DNA of 64,000 nt, taken from Asterias rubens. Taxonomy: Eukaryota. The DNA is taken from assembly GCF_902459465.1 (NCBI RefSeq), contig NC_047077.1, positions 10,912,001 through 10,976,000 of the forward strand. Reading direction: 5' to 3'. Below the pieces are notes generated by a model, which was not told where the DNA came from, searched no databases, and was given only the letters and a program-made list of their open reading frames with translations. Shown one piece after another: positions 11,632 through 23,600 of the stretch. The position numbers were made by a program, and so were the translations under genes. How positions within the stretch are numbered: position 1 is the stretch's first letter; each line of letters starts with the position of its first letter.

Positions 11632-11970
11632 CAGGTTGGAATTATTCGGTCATCCAGATCGGCTGGCCTGGTATTCATCAATAGCTTGTATTCTATAGGT
11701 ATGATGCTCATTGTCACACTGGCTGTGTGTGGAGTTGAATGGCCCACCACGAACTTCTCCGGGAGGGTCATGATCTCTCCCATCCAGAGCCGACAATAAT
11801 TGCGTAGATTGATCAACAAGGCCGAGTAAAAAAGAAACATGTTTAGCGTCCGGGTTTCTAAAAGAAAAGGAAGGAGGTGGTGTTTTTATTTTTTATTTTT
11901 TTCACCGCCATCGGCCGCCATCCTTTTTAAAGTATCCATTGTTTTTTTTATGAGTTTAAGTACACAATAC

Positions 11971-12355
11971 TTAAAGGCAGTGGACACTATTGGTATTTGT
12001 CAAAGACTAGCCTTCACAGTTTATGTATCTCAACATGTCCATAAAAAAACAAACCTGTGCAAACTTGAGCTCAATCGGTCATCGAACTTGCGAGATAATA
12101 ATGAAAGAAAAAACACCCATGTCACACGAAGTTGTGTGCGTTTAGATGGTTGATTTCGAGACCTCAAGTTCTACACCTGAGGTCTCGAAATCAAGTGCGT
12201 GGAAAATTACTTCTTTCTCGAAAACTATGGCACTTCAGAGGGAGCCATTTCTCACAATGTTTATACCATCAACCTCTCCCCATTACTCGTCACCAAGTAA
12301 GGTTTTATGCTAATAATTATTTTGAGTAATTACCAATAGTGTCCACTGCCTTTAA
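11971..12355. mobile_element. Kolobok-like MITE family A, intact with TTAA at both ends
   Basis: TTAA-AGGCAGTGGACACTATTGGTA ... TACCAATAGTGTCCACTGCCT-TTAA. Confidence 0.9.
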
Positions 12356-13463
12356 AGATCGAAGAGTTTTTTTTTTAATGGCTTTCCTACACAAGCTTGG
12401 CTCTTTTTCAAAACTTATTTGTTTGCTGAGATCGTTAAAACATATTCCATTTTCCCTTTACAAAAGAAAATGAAAAAAAGTTATAGTAATTATATTTAAA
12501 AATATATATAAAAGGATATCCCATGTCCTCTAAAAGGAAGCATGATAGGAACGCTAAACATATTTCTTTTTTAACTTGGCCTTAAAAGGGAAATTAACTT
12601 TTTATGTTTGTTATTTAGTATGAAAAGAGACCCTCATTTATCATTTTGACAGACTAATGCGAAGTAAAATTCATAAAAAGACTAGCCCCGGCAAAAAAAG
12701 AAAAAAGAAAACTAGAACAGAAATGTAGTGTTTGTTTACAAACGCTATAGGTGTTCAATGAAGACATCTCCGAGGTAGCAGACATACAGATTATGTTGTT
12801 TGAAAGAAAAATGAATGATGACTTTACATGAATTTGCAGATTGAACGAAGAGACTAACTGAGGAAATAAAAACGGGTGTCATTATTTAAAAGCTTATTTT
12901 GTTATATCAAGACTTTTATAGTCCCTTTAATCCCACACTGTTAAGAATAATGGGGATCTTTTGAGTAGGCCACTTTTTCTCCTATCCAAAAAGTTGGGCA
13001 CCCTGATTGCCAAACAATTGGTGAATATTTCCTCATCAATAATATTGGGTATGATATTTTGATAGCCAGCAAAGTTTGGTAATTTTTTGTTTACCAATAT
13101 TCTGGGTATTACATAAATGATCAATTACTTACTTTTGGGGAAACATTTTATCCAGAATCTGGTTAAAACGTTTGAACCATTTTCGGTGTTTATCCAGCAA
13201 AAAGCTTTGAATCACGTAATTCCTCCTATGATTATGTGTCGTACCTGCCACGCATAGAAACGATCATTTTCCACAATGACAATAAACCCGGTGGCGAGGG
13301 GAGACCTTGGTTCTCTCTCTCAACAAAGATTATCCAGAGATAAATAATAATTGTTGTTCTATTTGCAATGCTCTTGATGTTTCGAAGGTGTTGATTTATC
13401 AATCGCGGTCCACGCACGTCACAATAAAATTTGTGTTCGCAGGAAGTATGGACACAAACGGGC

Positions 13464-13829
13464 TTAAAGGAACACGTTGCCTTGGATCGGTCGAGTTGGT
13501 CTTTAAAAGCGTTTGCAAGCGTTTGTTTTAAAATGCATATGGTGAGAAAGATGTTGTGAAAGTAGAATACAATAATCCACACAAACATTCCTCGAAAATG
13601 CACGGTTTTTCTTTCACTAACTTCGACTAACACGGTCGGCCATTTATAAATGGCCGACCGTGTTAGTTCGCAAAGTAAAAGGAAGTCCACGCAATTTCGA
13701 GGCAAATTTGTGTGGATCATTGTAGTCTACTTTTAAAAGATCTTTCTATCCATATGCATTTTATAACAAACGGTTACAAACGCTTTTTAAAGACCAACTC
13801 GTCCGATCTAAGGCAACTTGTTCCTTTAA
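13464..13829. mobile_element. Full-length palindromic MITE family G, TTAA-flanked
   Basis: TTAA-AGGAACACGTTGCCTTGGATCGG ... CCGATCTAAGGCAACTTGTTCCT-TTAA; the arms pair almost to the centre (cggtcggccatttataaatggccgaccg). Confidence 0.88.
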
Positions 13830-14115
13830 AAACGTCGTATAGGGACCGTCTAAGTTGGTGGAACCGTGTAGGACATGTGGCCTAACCAGGAGGGAGACAT
13901 TGTTGGCAAGTGCCCGTGCCCTCCGATTCATGTCAGTGCCCCCCACCCCACCCCCACCTATTTTGACAAATCTGGCCTTTTTGTTGGAGTTTTTCAAAGA
14001 AAATGCCACAGTTTGTATGCTTCATTTGGTGAACTAGATATGAACGTTCTTTTTCGATCAGGGCTAGGGATCATGCCTACCGCATAGCGATGGGCTGGTC
14101 TTAGTGTGGGGACCA

Positions 14116-14630
14116 CCGGTGTCAGATGCAATTGTGTCCACCATGCAATATACTGCTCCGGACACTTTTGCATATGCAATCGTGTCTGTGGCTATGCGAA
14201 CACCGTCCGGTGGACATGTACAATGTACATGACTGTACATATTATGTGTGCGCGTATAAAGCAAGCGTGTTGATGCACTGAACCTAGTACGTATATTATA
14301 TACAGCATGAATATTCACGTATTTTATGATTGCAGTGAATACCCAACGGCCGAACATTCCCATGTCATTCTTGACATGCACTTAGCTTGTAAAAAAAATG
14401 GCGAACGTGTTCCGTCGACCAAGGGCGTTTAATTTACTGCAAGGACGGTTTTGCAAGGGGCCGGCAACAACTGCATATGCAAATGTGTCCGGGCGGACCC
14501 AACTGCATTATGCAGCAGCGTCCGGGCGGACACGATTGCATATGCAAAACCGTCCTGCGGACATTATTGAATATGTAATAATGTCCTCCGGATAGTATTG
14601 CATAGAGGACATTATTGCATGCGACACCGG
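14116..14630. mobile_element. Foldback element with sub-repeated ggac..ttgcatatgcaa..gtcc arms
   Basis: ccggtgtc..tgcaat at the left end and attgcatgcgacaccgg at the right end; several ttgcatatgcaa palindromes within the arms; no clear TSD. Confidence 0.6.
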
Positions 14631-14957
14631 CGGCAGGCCGGAGTTCCGTTGGATCGTTCAATAATGTGTAAAACTACAAGAGGGCGCTATTTAGGCAATA
14701 GACGCAGGCTTCGGCTCAGGTTAGACTTGATGACAAGTAGTTATAAGCGCTGCCTGTTACAAACACACATATCGGCCGTTCATGCAACAGGGATGCACGA
14801 TCGCGTAGGGGTGGGTATGTATAGCACGTTTCCATTCCCGTAACTTGATTTCAATACTAAGCTCAGGCTAGCTAGGCCCAGCGGAGGATGGAACCTGAAG
14901 CCGAAAAGGGTCTAAAAGCCACGATCTCAGACTTGAAGTTTAGTCTATCCCGCAACA

Positions 14958-14995
14958 GTCACGTGAAATCAGTCACGAGAGTTTCAGTCATGTGA
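14958..14995. promoter_or_regulatory. Cluster of CLEAR/E-box/M-box-like sites upstream of cathepsin B
   Basis: GTCACGTGA (14958), GTCACGAGA (14972) and GTCATGTGA (14987) at about 15-bp spacing, roughly 2.35 kb 5' of the CTSB ATG, whose exon begins at an acceptor (so a 5' UTR exon must lie upstream). Confidence 0.45.
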
Positions 14996-17341
14996 TTGTC
15001 AAACCGCAGTTATTTTCCTGAACCCATGCAATTGAAGAACCTACCAAACAAGGAATGCTACGGATGCCTATTAGATTAAACAAGAAATATGTTTTCAATG
15101 TGTTTATTGCAGATTCCTGATTGATAGTCCGTTATTAAGTATTCAGAACTCGTTGGTATGTATTTGCATTATATTTATGTACTTTTAATTATAAATAGAT
15201 CTGTTATAACGAAGTGTGAATATTTCATAACGGATGAAACATTTCTAATTTGGTGCTAATCGGATTCCGTCCAAAGCATTTCAAGCAAGTTTACATCCAT
15301 GAATAACGTCATATATAAGTTTGTAATCTCTCTTTGACTTATTCATGCTGTAGTATTATTAAATTTGAATGTAAAAAGGTAATTACAGAGGGTTATTCCA
15401 GCGAGAACATAATTAACGACTGTTTTTTGTTGTTTGTTTATCTACCTCTGGGTTATCACGCAAGGACCAGAAATAAACACGTCACTGATTTTTCACCTTC
15501 TACTGAATGGATTCAAGGCCTTTCGTGACTTTGTTTTTTAATAACAAAGCAAAAAAAACCAAATTGACAAAGCACATGACCGACTTGATTGAAGTGTACT
15601 CCTACGCCACTCTCTTGTCATACTTTGAGAACAACGAGTTGTAACTTTATCTATCGTTCGGGTGTGTCGTTATTTCACGTCTTTATAACGTCGGGCAATA
15701 TACTCATTATTGCTTGAAAGTCGCTAAATACTGTTTTACATCGACAATTACTAAAATTAGGTTATTTAGGACAGGTTATGCACTCTTTTTCTTGGGTAAG
15801 TTGTTTTGTTGTGATTTATTAATTCAATATATAAACCACAAGGGATTTATTAATTCATTAGAATTAGTTAGATAATAGGTTGATGAGTAGGGCTAGGCAT
15901 ACCCGGGGGAGGAAATATTGAAGTGTGTTTACTGCTAGACTTTTGTTTGTGTTTTTTTACACTGCTAAAATAACAAATCAAACAGGAAACATTCCGCATC
16001 ATGCGACCACCTTTTCATTCATTAAAAAAACAAAATATAGATTACTCAACAATCAAATTCAAATGAGGTAAAAATTAGGGAAGGGGTAGTGGCAGGATAA
16101 AGCAATACTTTGTTTCCGGATGAATTAAATTAAATTTAGTTCAATAAGAATTTAGTTCATATTATCATAAATTTAGTTCATATTGACAATGACATTCGGT
16201 CCTCAACTCAATCAATGACAGTATCGTAGCGTCATACGATATTGACCCTCATATGTTTTCGAACCCCCAACTTTGATTACCATTTACCGCGAGATTGTGC
16301 AAGCTGCACCGGTGACAGAAGCTATGCAGTTTACTCACGGTCTGTATTTTTATCAGGCTTAATCATGCTGAGAATAAAGTTTCCTGACGTTGGTTATGCT
16401 CAAATATTTATAAAATGATTGATTTTTGGTACAAATCACTAGTGCATTATTATGCCAACATTCAAATGAGTCAAAGAAACATCATCCAACCTCGAAAGTT
16501 CAAAACAAAATTACTATCTGCTAGATTGAGTTTCATTCTGCTTTAGTCACTAGATGGATCACGTGAGGTGGTTACTATTTGGGATTCTATGGTGTGCCAA
16601 TATGAGGAAAAAATAGAAATATTTTAAGTGAAAATGACAACAAAAATTGTTTTTTTGATTAACTGCATACTGTAATAAATTCCGATAAGCGTAAAAAATA
16701 TTATGTCTATATTAAAGAGAATATATCATAGATTGGTTTCTTATCTCCTGAAACAAAACATTACTGGTCTAAAATTGGGGAAAACGGATTGTTATGAAGT
16801 GTGTGTGTTTTAAGGGGGGGTGGGGTGTTTTACTACCATGCCTTATGATATCTCTCGATTCTGATACAGTAGCCATAATGCCGTGGGAAAAAATTTAATT
16901 AAATTTGTTAAGTAGTAATTGAATAATATTTTTGATTTATTTTGCACGCCATACTAGCTTTGTAATATTCAATAAAATACCAACCAATGAAAGGTGTGAA
17001 AACATATGACGTTGCTCCAATGTCGTGCATGCACAAGCACTGTTAATGGCGGACTGTCGCTCGCAACGGAAAACCAAAACTTTAAAAATTTCAACACACC
17101 ATGAAGTGTAAGTGTTATTGTTAAAAAATTGGATAGATGATTTGAAAAAAAAAACAATCAATTTTCGATTGTGAACAATTTTCCTGTTATCCTACTGAAA
17201 ACACATGACACCAGGATAATACAATTTGTATATAAAGGTCAATTTTAAACAGTTTTAAAAAGCTTATATTTTATTCAATTTTACTTGAATTGAAGGGCAA
17301 ATTAAATATTTTCAATATTTATTTTAAAACAGATTTGCAGG

Positions 17342-20300
17342 ATGCGTTTTTCAGTACTTCTTGTGGCATGTCTTGTTGCCTTCTGCAAGGGTGCTGTCTT
17401 TCGAGCCACACCCAAAGGCAAGGAACCGTTCATGACCGAAATGAGACATGTTAACTCGATCAAGACCACCTGGAAGGTATCAAACTTGTTTTTATGAATA
17501 ATTTACTTGTTAGATATTATTAAATGTCATAATTCTTAAAAAGCACTTGACACATTTGATAATTTGTCAAAAGACCACTCGGTATCCCGACGTGTACATA
17601 AAAATAACAAACCTGGGAAAACTTGGGCTCAATTGGTCGTCAAAGTTGCAAGAGCAAAATGACTGGGAAAAAAACACTCTTGCTGCATAACTTTGTGTAC
17701 TTTCAGATGCAAGAAGGGCCTTTATTATTTGAGTGAGAAATGACCTCGAGCAATGAAGAGCTGTTGATAGTATAAAACTTTGTGAGAAACGGCACCCTCT
17801 GAAGTAACGTAGTTTTTTTAGAAAGAGGTCATTTCTCACTCAAAAAATAGAAAAGCATAAAAGTTGGATAACTTTCCGTATGGCGCCACCACTTTTTCAC
17901 TGACTTTTACAAAAAGGGATATATCAATCAGGTAAATTAGATACTATATTATTTCATTTCGAATGAAAAAGTGGTGGCGCCATACGGAAACTTTTCCTAA
18001 AAGTTTGTTAAAGTCGTTACCAAGTTTAACAAACTTTTATGCTATTCTATTTTGAGTAATTACCAATAGTGCCCAGTGCCTTTAAGAGTAATGTACATGT
18101 ACCTACCCTCCAGTTCTCTTTAACTTCAACTATTCCAATTTTCCTCGGAGTTGATCTTTAGTGAGTTTCACAATCTCTCTTTATTAGCCTACATTAGGCC
18201 TGTCAGGATTTCGTCAAGACTTTTACTGATTTGTAGATTTTGTTGTCGCGCTGCCTCTGTCTTTCTTAATATTCTCTTTGAAGAGCAGAAGTTATTAAAC
18301 AGCCACAGATACATGTATGGCAGCCCCTTTGTATTTTATTATCTATTCCTACAATAATAATACTTTAGTAGATGTTCGATTTGCATCGGGATAAAGAAAA
18401 ATGCATTTTGGTTTTTACCCATACACCGATGTGTGTTAGCTCTGTATACTCAGTACTTACCCGAGTCCAGTGACAAAAACAATATTACTAGTAACAGCGA
18501 ATAAGGAGAAAAACAACTTACATGCCAGCATCCGTCAAGTTTTGAATTCAATTGAAATCTCCCTTTTTGCCAAGGTCCAGACCTGTTTCCTTTCATTGTA
18601 CAAACGAAGATGACAATAGAGCTTGATAGGCTGCCACCATTGTTTATCTATTAGTATTGTACTTTGCTTTTAAGGGAGGCAAGTCCAATGGTCCGAACCT
18701 CACGGTATACCATGGACAGTTTATTGACCGTGGGTTACGGCCAAGGTTCATGCTTGAAAATATAAAATTTAAAAAACTACATGTAACCCACAGCTGTATT
18801 TTGTTTGATTATTTGTTACCTTTACTTTGGTTAGTCAGGGTTTCAATGTGACAATGATAAAAAACAATTTATTCCCCAAAACAAGCTCATCCACCAGTTC
18901 CAAAAAAAAACCAGTAAATAAATGTAGCTGGCATTACATGCATCACCCATTAAAAGCAGCCCGAGTCAGTGGAATTGAGCAGTTTTCCACAGGATCTTTC
19001 TTATCTGATCAACAGTTAATGAGACGTAAACATCTATATAGGGTTTTGTGTTTGTAAGTTTATTGACACAACAGACTTTCACAGATTCTCTGGTGGCACG
19101 GTTGGCTTGTGCGTAAAGCGCTCGCCTCTCACCAAGGTGACCCCGGTTCGATTCCCGGTCGGGGCCATATGTGAGTTGAGTTGTGCGTTGGTTCTCTGCT
19201 GTGCCACGAGGGTTTTCCAGACAATCCGGTTTTCCTCCCTCAGGAAAAAATCGAACACTTTCGATCTTGGCTGTGCTCCGTGGTCATAATGGGTTGATGT
19301 GGCTGGCAGCTGAATGCGCCCTTGCATGCCTGCTTCTCGAACACGTTGTAGCCGCGTCCTTCGCAATATTCAGCTTTTAGCCCCCCAAATTATTATTATA
19401 AAATGAAGTAAATTGAGAAGCGGTATTAAACCCCTTTACATGAGAGCAATTTAGCAAGGGTGCCTTGCTAAATTGTAGCATGGTTGTGAAATTTCACAAA
19501 ATGTACCTTGTGAAAGGACAATAATTTCTTCTCTACTGTCCAAGTTCCCTTGCAAAATCTTGTCAGACATTGCTACTTTTTTACAACCATGTTAAAATTA
19601 GGCAAGGGACCCCAGTTAAATTGCTCTCGTGTGAATAGCACTTTAAACGCTAACATACATTGTAAAAGTAACTTTGAATAATACAAAGCAACCAACTTGA
19701 GAAATCAAAAAAGAAACAATCAAAATTTCTCTGCTGCTCTTCCGTAAATCAGTTTGACACCAGTAGTAGGCTTGTGGGTCAGGATCACTGGCCTTGGGGA
19801 AGTGGGTTCCAGGGTGAATGTTTGTTCATAAATACCTAAGACAGTTTATCCATTCTGATTGGTCGATAGGGCATCACGAGGGGTTGTTTGAACAGATGAT
19901 ACAACACCAGTAAAAAGTGTTGAAACATGGGCGTGACACGCGAGCTTGCACCTGTTCTTATAAGACAGTTTCTTCATTCCTATTGGTCGAGAGCAACGGC
20001 TGAAACAGTTGTGCCACATCACGCGATACGGGCGATGCGCACAGCATGCCCTTATAAGGAGTTGTTTACCCGAGGGCCTTGACTGGGCCTTACCATTTCA
20101 CAGCTGAAGGGGTGTTGTGTTGAAAGAAATCATTAAACAATTATAATTTTTGCATTTATTTTACTTTTTGACCAAAAAGTGATGATGTTTTTGACCGAAA
20201 AGGTATTTATGAATGGGAATCAAAGTGTGTTGAATCGGTTTTCAACTAGTGGTTTAAACCCGCCGAGGCCTGGTTCTTGATAATTTACCTCGACTTTGTC

Positions 20301-20663
20301 TCGGTAAATTATCAAGAACCAGGCCTCGTTGGAATTAAACCACTAGTTGAAAACCTCTTCACCACACATTGATTCCCTTAGTTATACTAACATCACTCTA
20401 CTATAATCTACTTTGTGCCTTTTAGGCTGGCTCCAACTTTGCAGGCTACTCCAGGGAGGATGTCGAGGGACTTATGGGAGTGCTCACCCCGACGCCAGAG
20501 AAGTTCAAGCTACCTGTGAAGAAACCACAACAATTTGGAGTGCCACACTTTCCCGATGAGTTTGACTCTCGAGACAAGTGGAGTAGTTGCCCAAGTATCA
20601 AGGAGATTCGTGATCAGGGGTCTTGTGGATCATGCTGGGTGCGACAAAAACTGTTCCTGTGGT

Positions 20664-20696
<33 letters not shown>

Positions 20697-23600
20697 GTTG
20701 TGGCTTCTTATAAAGCGCACATGTCTGTCACCCAGTGAAGCTCCTGGCGCTGCAACATACAGTGTTTCCTGCCAGATTTTGGGACTATGTTTGAATTATG
20801 AGACCTAATTCTGATAGCACCATGTAATGTTTTACAAGGTGCTGTGGCGCAATTTGCTGCCGATCAGACCAGGAACACCGGGGCGAACCCCTTCTCTTAA
20901 CGATAAGTGCACTAGGTTCTTTACCATGCGTTACATAACACATGGGACCAACGGCTTAACGTCCCATCCGAAGGACGAAGCACTGGTTAAGTGTCTTGCT
21001 TAAGGACACAAGTGTCACGGCTGGGGATTCGAACCCACACTCTGCTGATCAGAAACACCAGAGTTTGAATTCGTTGCTCTTAACCGCTCGGCCACGACAC
21101 TTCCACAAAGTTTAGACTAGATTAGGTGAGATTTGGTTTATTGCCTTGGGTCTCGTGATTAAAAATACAGAGAAATTTGAAAAAATTGACATAATTCAAC
21201 AATAATTCTGCCACATACTACAGGCCTTGAAAGTTCCAGTGGTGTGTGATCTAAATATAGTTGCCCTCCTTGTCTGTTCAGGGATTCCCTTTTGCACTAA
21301 GTTGTATTTCGATGTTTGTGCAATAAAGGTGCTAAACTAAATCGCCTTGCAACAAAAATGAGCTGGGTTTTGGTTGTTTCCTTTTAGCACAATCCTATAG
21401 AATCTATTATTTCTAATACCTGTTTTATGTTTATACACGTGTATGCAGGCATTTGGTGCAGTTGAAGCCATGACAGATCGGATCTGCATCTTCCATGGGG
21501 TTCAATTCCACTTGTCGGCAGAGGACTTGGCAACTTGCTGTGAAGACTGTGGTAATGGGTAAGCATCACTGCCAAATTTCAAAAAGCTCTTAAAGCCATT
21601 GGACACTTTCGGTACAGAAAAAAAAAAAAGTTCACAGATTTACAAATAATTATTAGGGTTTACAGAAGGTAATGGTGAACGACTTATCTTGATATATTTT
21701 TCCATGAAATGCTTTACTTTTTGAGAAAACATTAAAACAATATCAATTCTCGATATGACATGGCAAAACGTGGGGAAACAAGGTTGGGTTTTCCCGTTAT
21801 TTTCTCCCGACCGATTGAGCCTAAATTTCAACAGGTTTGTTATTTTATATATAAGTTGTGGCACATGAAGTGTGAGCCTTGGACAATTTTGTTTACCGAA
21901 AGTGTCCAATGGCTTTAAGCAGAAAATATTGCTGAACAAATTTCTTTGCTAAGGAAATATTGAGTTGCAGCAATGTAACTGTTTTTGCTTCTAAAGCAAG
22001 ATTTTTAAGTTTTTGTACTAACAGGTTTTGTGAAAAGGATCAATATTGTACGGCGCTGCTTACATTTGAGTTGAGAATTGCCGCTTACAGAAGCAGGGAA
22101 TTCTGCACAAACTTCAGGCGTATTAATCATGGGTTAGCAGGGTTTTTTTTGCTTGTGGGGTCATTCCATGCCAAATCACCCAGTGGGTTAAACCCTACCC
22201 CTTTCAAATTTGGTCAAATTTGGTTTATGGGGTAATCGTGGCTCAAGAAGCTCAAGTTCCAAATTTCAGCTCCATTCGATAAACGGTTTTGAACTTGTGC
22301 GCATGTGCACTCCTCGTTACAAGGTATTCTTTGCTTACACAGCTAGCACAGAAAGTCGGCGCTTTCACTTTACAAAAGCTGAGAATGATGATCCTGAACA
22401 TTGAATTCAGCTAGGCAGAGCCTTACAATTTGGCCAAGCTGTTTTATCCAAGGCGGTTTACCTTCCCTTTTAAGATGTTCCTTGATAACTTAGATGCACT
22501 TCTCTCTCCACTCAGGTGCAACGGAGGTTTTCCTGGGGCCGCCTGGCAGTACTGGAAAGATACTGGCATAGTGACTGGTGGTCCTTACAACAGCTCCCAA
22601 GGATGCCAACCGTACAAAATACCAGCGTGCGACCACCACGTCGTCGGTAAACTCACGCCATGCAAAGGGGATGATCCTACACCAAAATGCGCTAAGCAGT
22701 GTATTTCGGATTATAAGGCGACATATGAGCAAGACAAATATTTCGGTATGTTGACATAAATTTTTGTTTTTCGATATACTTTATCATAACAATCCACCCA
22801 GATGCGTATAACATATATATTGTCAATTCTTCACCATATTTTTCTTCTTAAGTCAAAAAAGTTCTGGGGAAAAAAAGAAACAGTTTTTAGAAAATTTTGG
22901 GTTGACTAAACAAAGAGAAATTGACTAAAGCAGGATGTGACCTAGCGACATTAAGATTTCTGTGACGCCGCTCAACCAACTAAGCCATCTTACCTAAATT
23001 GTTGCTCTGAATTTCACAATTTTTATTTCTTCTTTTCATGAATTACAGGAAGAAGTTCTTACTCTATTCCTCAGAACAATTCTTACATCCAGAGTGAGAT
23101 AATGACAAGTGGACCAGTAGAAGCAGCCTTCTCTGTCTACTCGGACTTCCCAACTTACAAAACAGGTAAAGTCAGCATCGTAATATTATGGTGGCCCTGA
23201 AAGGACACCACAAAACGCAAAACATGTGCACACAGCTGTGTTTGTGGTGTAAACCGAGGACTTCTCTTTGTTCTCCCATTGTTTGGACATAGTTTTAGTT
23301 TTCAGACGTTCCCGTTGGTTTTGTACATGAAATCGAATCGAGGAGGTCCTCGGTGTGACTTTTCACGGATCCCCTTTTGTTGAAGTCCTCAGTTGGAATG
23401 TGTTATATGAAGTGCCTGCTCTTTTTGATTCCTTGTAATTGTCATGCGTGTAATAATTGTGGGATATTTTGTTTGTGTTTGTTGTATGTAAAGGGGTCAG
23501 GTGCCTTCAAGCATTGAGTGCAGTATTCAATGGTTTATTACTATTATTTATCTCAATGTTGTTGTCAGTGTCAGTATTATCATAGTCATTGTGACACAAC

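Noticed and set aside
20980-21104. tRNA genes here and at about 19092, 24245, 33745, 38330, 48830 and 58358
   Set aside because: A/B boxes run into SINE bodies and tails, with no cloverleaf acceptor stem or terminator; these are SINE heads.
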